Origin: Felis catus | Lineage: Eukaryota | Length of the DNA: 64,000 nucleotides | Direction of reading: 5' to 3' | Assembly (NCBI RefSeq): GCF_018350175.1 | Contig: NC_058369.1 | Coordinates: forward strand, 23,190,001 to 23,254,000 | Shown: piece by piece, positions 62,869 to 64,000 of the stretch | How positions within the stretch are numbered: position 1 is the first letter of the stretch | Layout of the letters: every line of letters starts with the position of its first letter | Position numbers and translations under genes: made by a program | The notes under the pieces: model-generated | What the model was told of the DNA's origin: nothing | Seen by the model: only the letters and a program-made list of their open reading frames with translations | Databases searched by the model: none

Positions 62869-62897
62869 GACATGTTCTTATTCCTTTCCATTTCCAG

Positions 62898-63019
62898 GGA
62901 TTTCCTGAAAGCTGGAGACAAGGAGAACATTTTTAACGCAGACCATTTCCCTCTCTGGTACCGAAGAGCTGCGGAGCAGATTCCAGGGAGCTTCGTCTAC
63001 TCCATCCCGTTCAGCACAG
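62898..63019 (+). CDS. CACNA2D3: CACNA2D3 coding exon (~26), 122 nt, phase 2-1: (Q)DFLKAGDKENIFNADHFPLWYRRAAEQIPGSFVYSIPFST(G)
   Basis: tttccag|G ... CAG|gtgggg; WYRRA motif typical of alpha2delta; inside ORF 62848..63036. Confidence 0.97.
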
Positions 63020-64000
63020 GTGGGGGTCCTTGTTAGAGTTGGGACTCTGTCTGTCTGGTCCTGCTGGCCCGGGCATTGCATTCGGAGTGTAGTGGGGGCC
63101 ATCTGAATGCTGGAGGGAGCCAAGTTCTGTCTTGAGGACCAATGCTGAATATTGGCCCAGCACTGAACCATTGACCTGTTTCATAAATACAATGGCCCCA
63201 AGTAAAATGAAGCTTTTGCTTAACTGAAGTGTGAAAAGAGCATTTCACAAAGCAGGACTGTTACTTTTTACTGTGTGGAATTTGAATACAAACATCTCAG
63301 TAGATTTTTTTTTTTAATGTTATCATGGCCCCGCTTGGAGAAAATTCATGCAGACATAACATCCTTTGCCAGAACTTTCAGTGAATCACATCACTTTGAA
63401 GGCCCACAGTCCCCCCATCAGAAACTAAATTGATTCAAATCAACATGCAGGAGTGAGCGCTGAGATTTTTGTGTAGACTTGTGATCTCCAGGAAAAGCGC
63501 ATAACCTGTGATTTTTCTAGTCCTAAGATTTTATATTATAAAAAAAACTAAGGTTGCCTCCCTCCAAAAAAGAACTGAACACCATCTTATTTCAACCATG
63601 TTTAGAAGCAAAACACACTGAACATACTTTTCGATTGTCCTTGGCTTTTTCTTGTCTCACGCAGCTGATAGTTTTTGGTGCTCATTTTGTGAAAGGCTCT
63701 GGCTGTGCCTTGTAGCAACTTCAGAGATGAATAAGACCTAGTTTTATAAACTTGGATTGCTTTAGACAGTTCAGTCTATACTTATGTTTTATATTAGAGC
63801 CACCGTATTAGTCTTTTTCAAGCATTCCGAAATCAGCCCTAGTGGCGGTTTTCTGGTGCTTAGTGTCAAAGCCCCTTCCTTGGTTCTTAGCACTTGCTCA
63901 TTTCCATGAATGAAAACGTCTTCAGAAAGAGTGCTTTCAAAATTTGCAGAAGACACGTTGGCAAGAGTTATCTAATAACTAGTTGCATGGACTCGTTAGG

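Larger units (their letters stand above)
1..64000 (+). other. CACNA2D3: Internal part of CACNA2D3 gene (about introns 14-26, human numbering); gene start and end lie outside the window
   Basis: 12 exons splice into one open frame matching the alpha2delta-3 sequence I know (…[60 protein letters not shown]…). Confidence 0.97.

Noticed and set aside
198..63248. The many 60-176 aa six-frame ORFs as independent genes
   Set aside because: No recognisable protein family, many non-ATG starts, overlapping on both strands; those with real signal are CACNA2D3 exons read through into intron, L1 ORF2 remnants or SINE translations (e.g. AQVMISWFV…LTAQSLEPA)
1..64000. Nested antisense gene LRTM1 (known to lie in a CACNA2D3 intron)
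   Set aside because: No leucine-rich-repeat ORF on the minus strand; it is expected further downstream than exon 26

Overview
Mammalian (feliform carnivore, probably cat family, judged from tRNA-derived Can-SINEs of the SINEC_Fc type and a feline-type L1 3' end) genomic window lying entirely inside CACNA2D3 (voltage-gated calcium channel alpha2delta-3 subunit), + strand. Twelve internal coding exons (970 nt, 323 codons + 1 nt, all GT-AG, phases fully consistent) can be read by hand from 1482 to 63019. They run LADDQGLVLMTTVAMP... to ...SFVYSIPFST and correspond to about exons 15-26 of the human gene (numbering from memory). Almost all supplied six-frame ORFs are noise; a few overlap true exons or L1/SINE fragments. 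The rest is intron with 8 Can-SINEs, L1, L2, MIR, MaLR LTR and hAT remnants, and microsatellites. No prokaryotic-type system, CRISPR, or functional tRNA/rRNA gene is present. Most interesting leads: (i) two unannotated-looking, frame-preserving phase-0 mini-exon candidates (27 nt at 16570, 39 nt at 25523), each adding an N-glycosylation sequon at the position homologous to the alternatively spliced A/B region of alpha2delta-1; (ii) a weak-donor, stop-codon, AATAAA arrangement in the short intron after exon 19 that could give a truncated, non-anchored alpha2; (iii) a 44-nt poison/recursive-type exon candidate; (iv) an L1 that stops at the branch-point region of exon 26; (v) a perfect 42-bp AT palindrome and a set of co-oriented CTCF-consensus sites. 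All of these are sequence-level predictions and need RNA-seq or conservation checks. Boundaries of old repeats are approximate.
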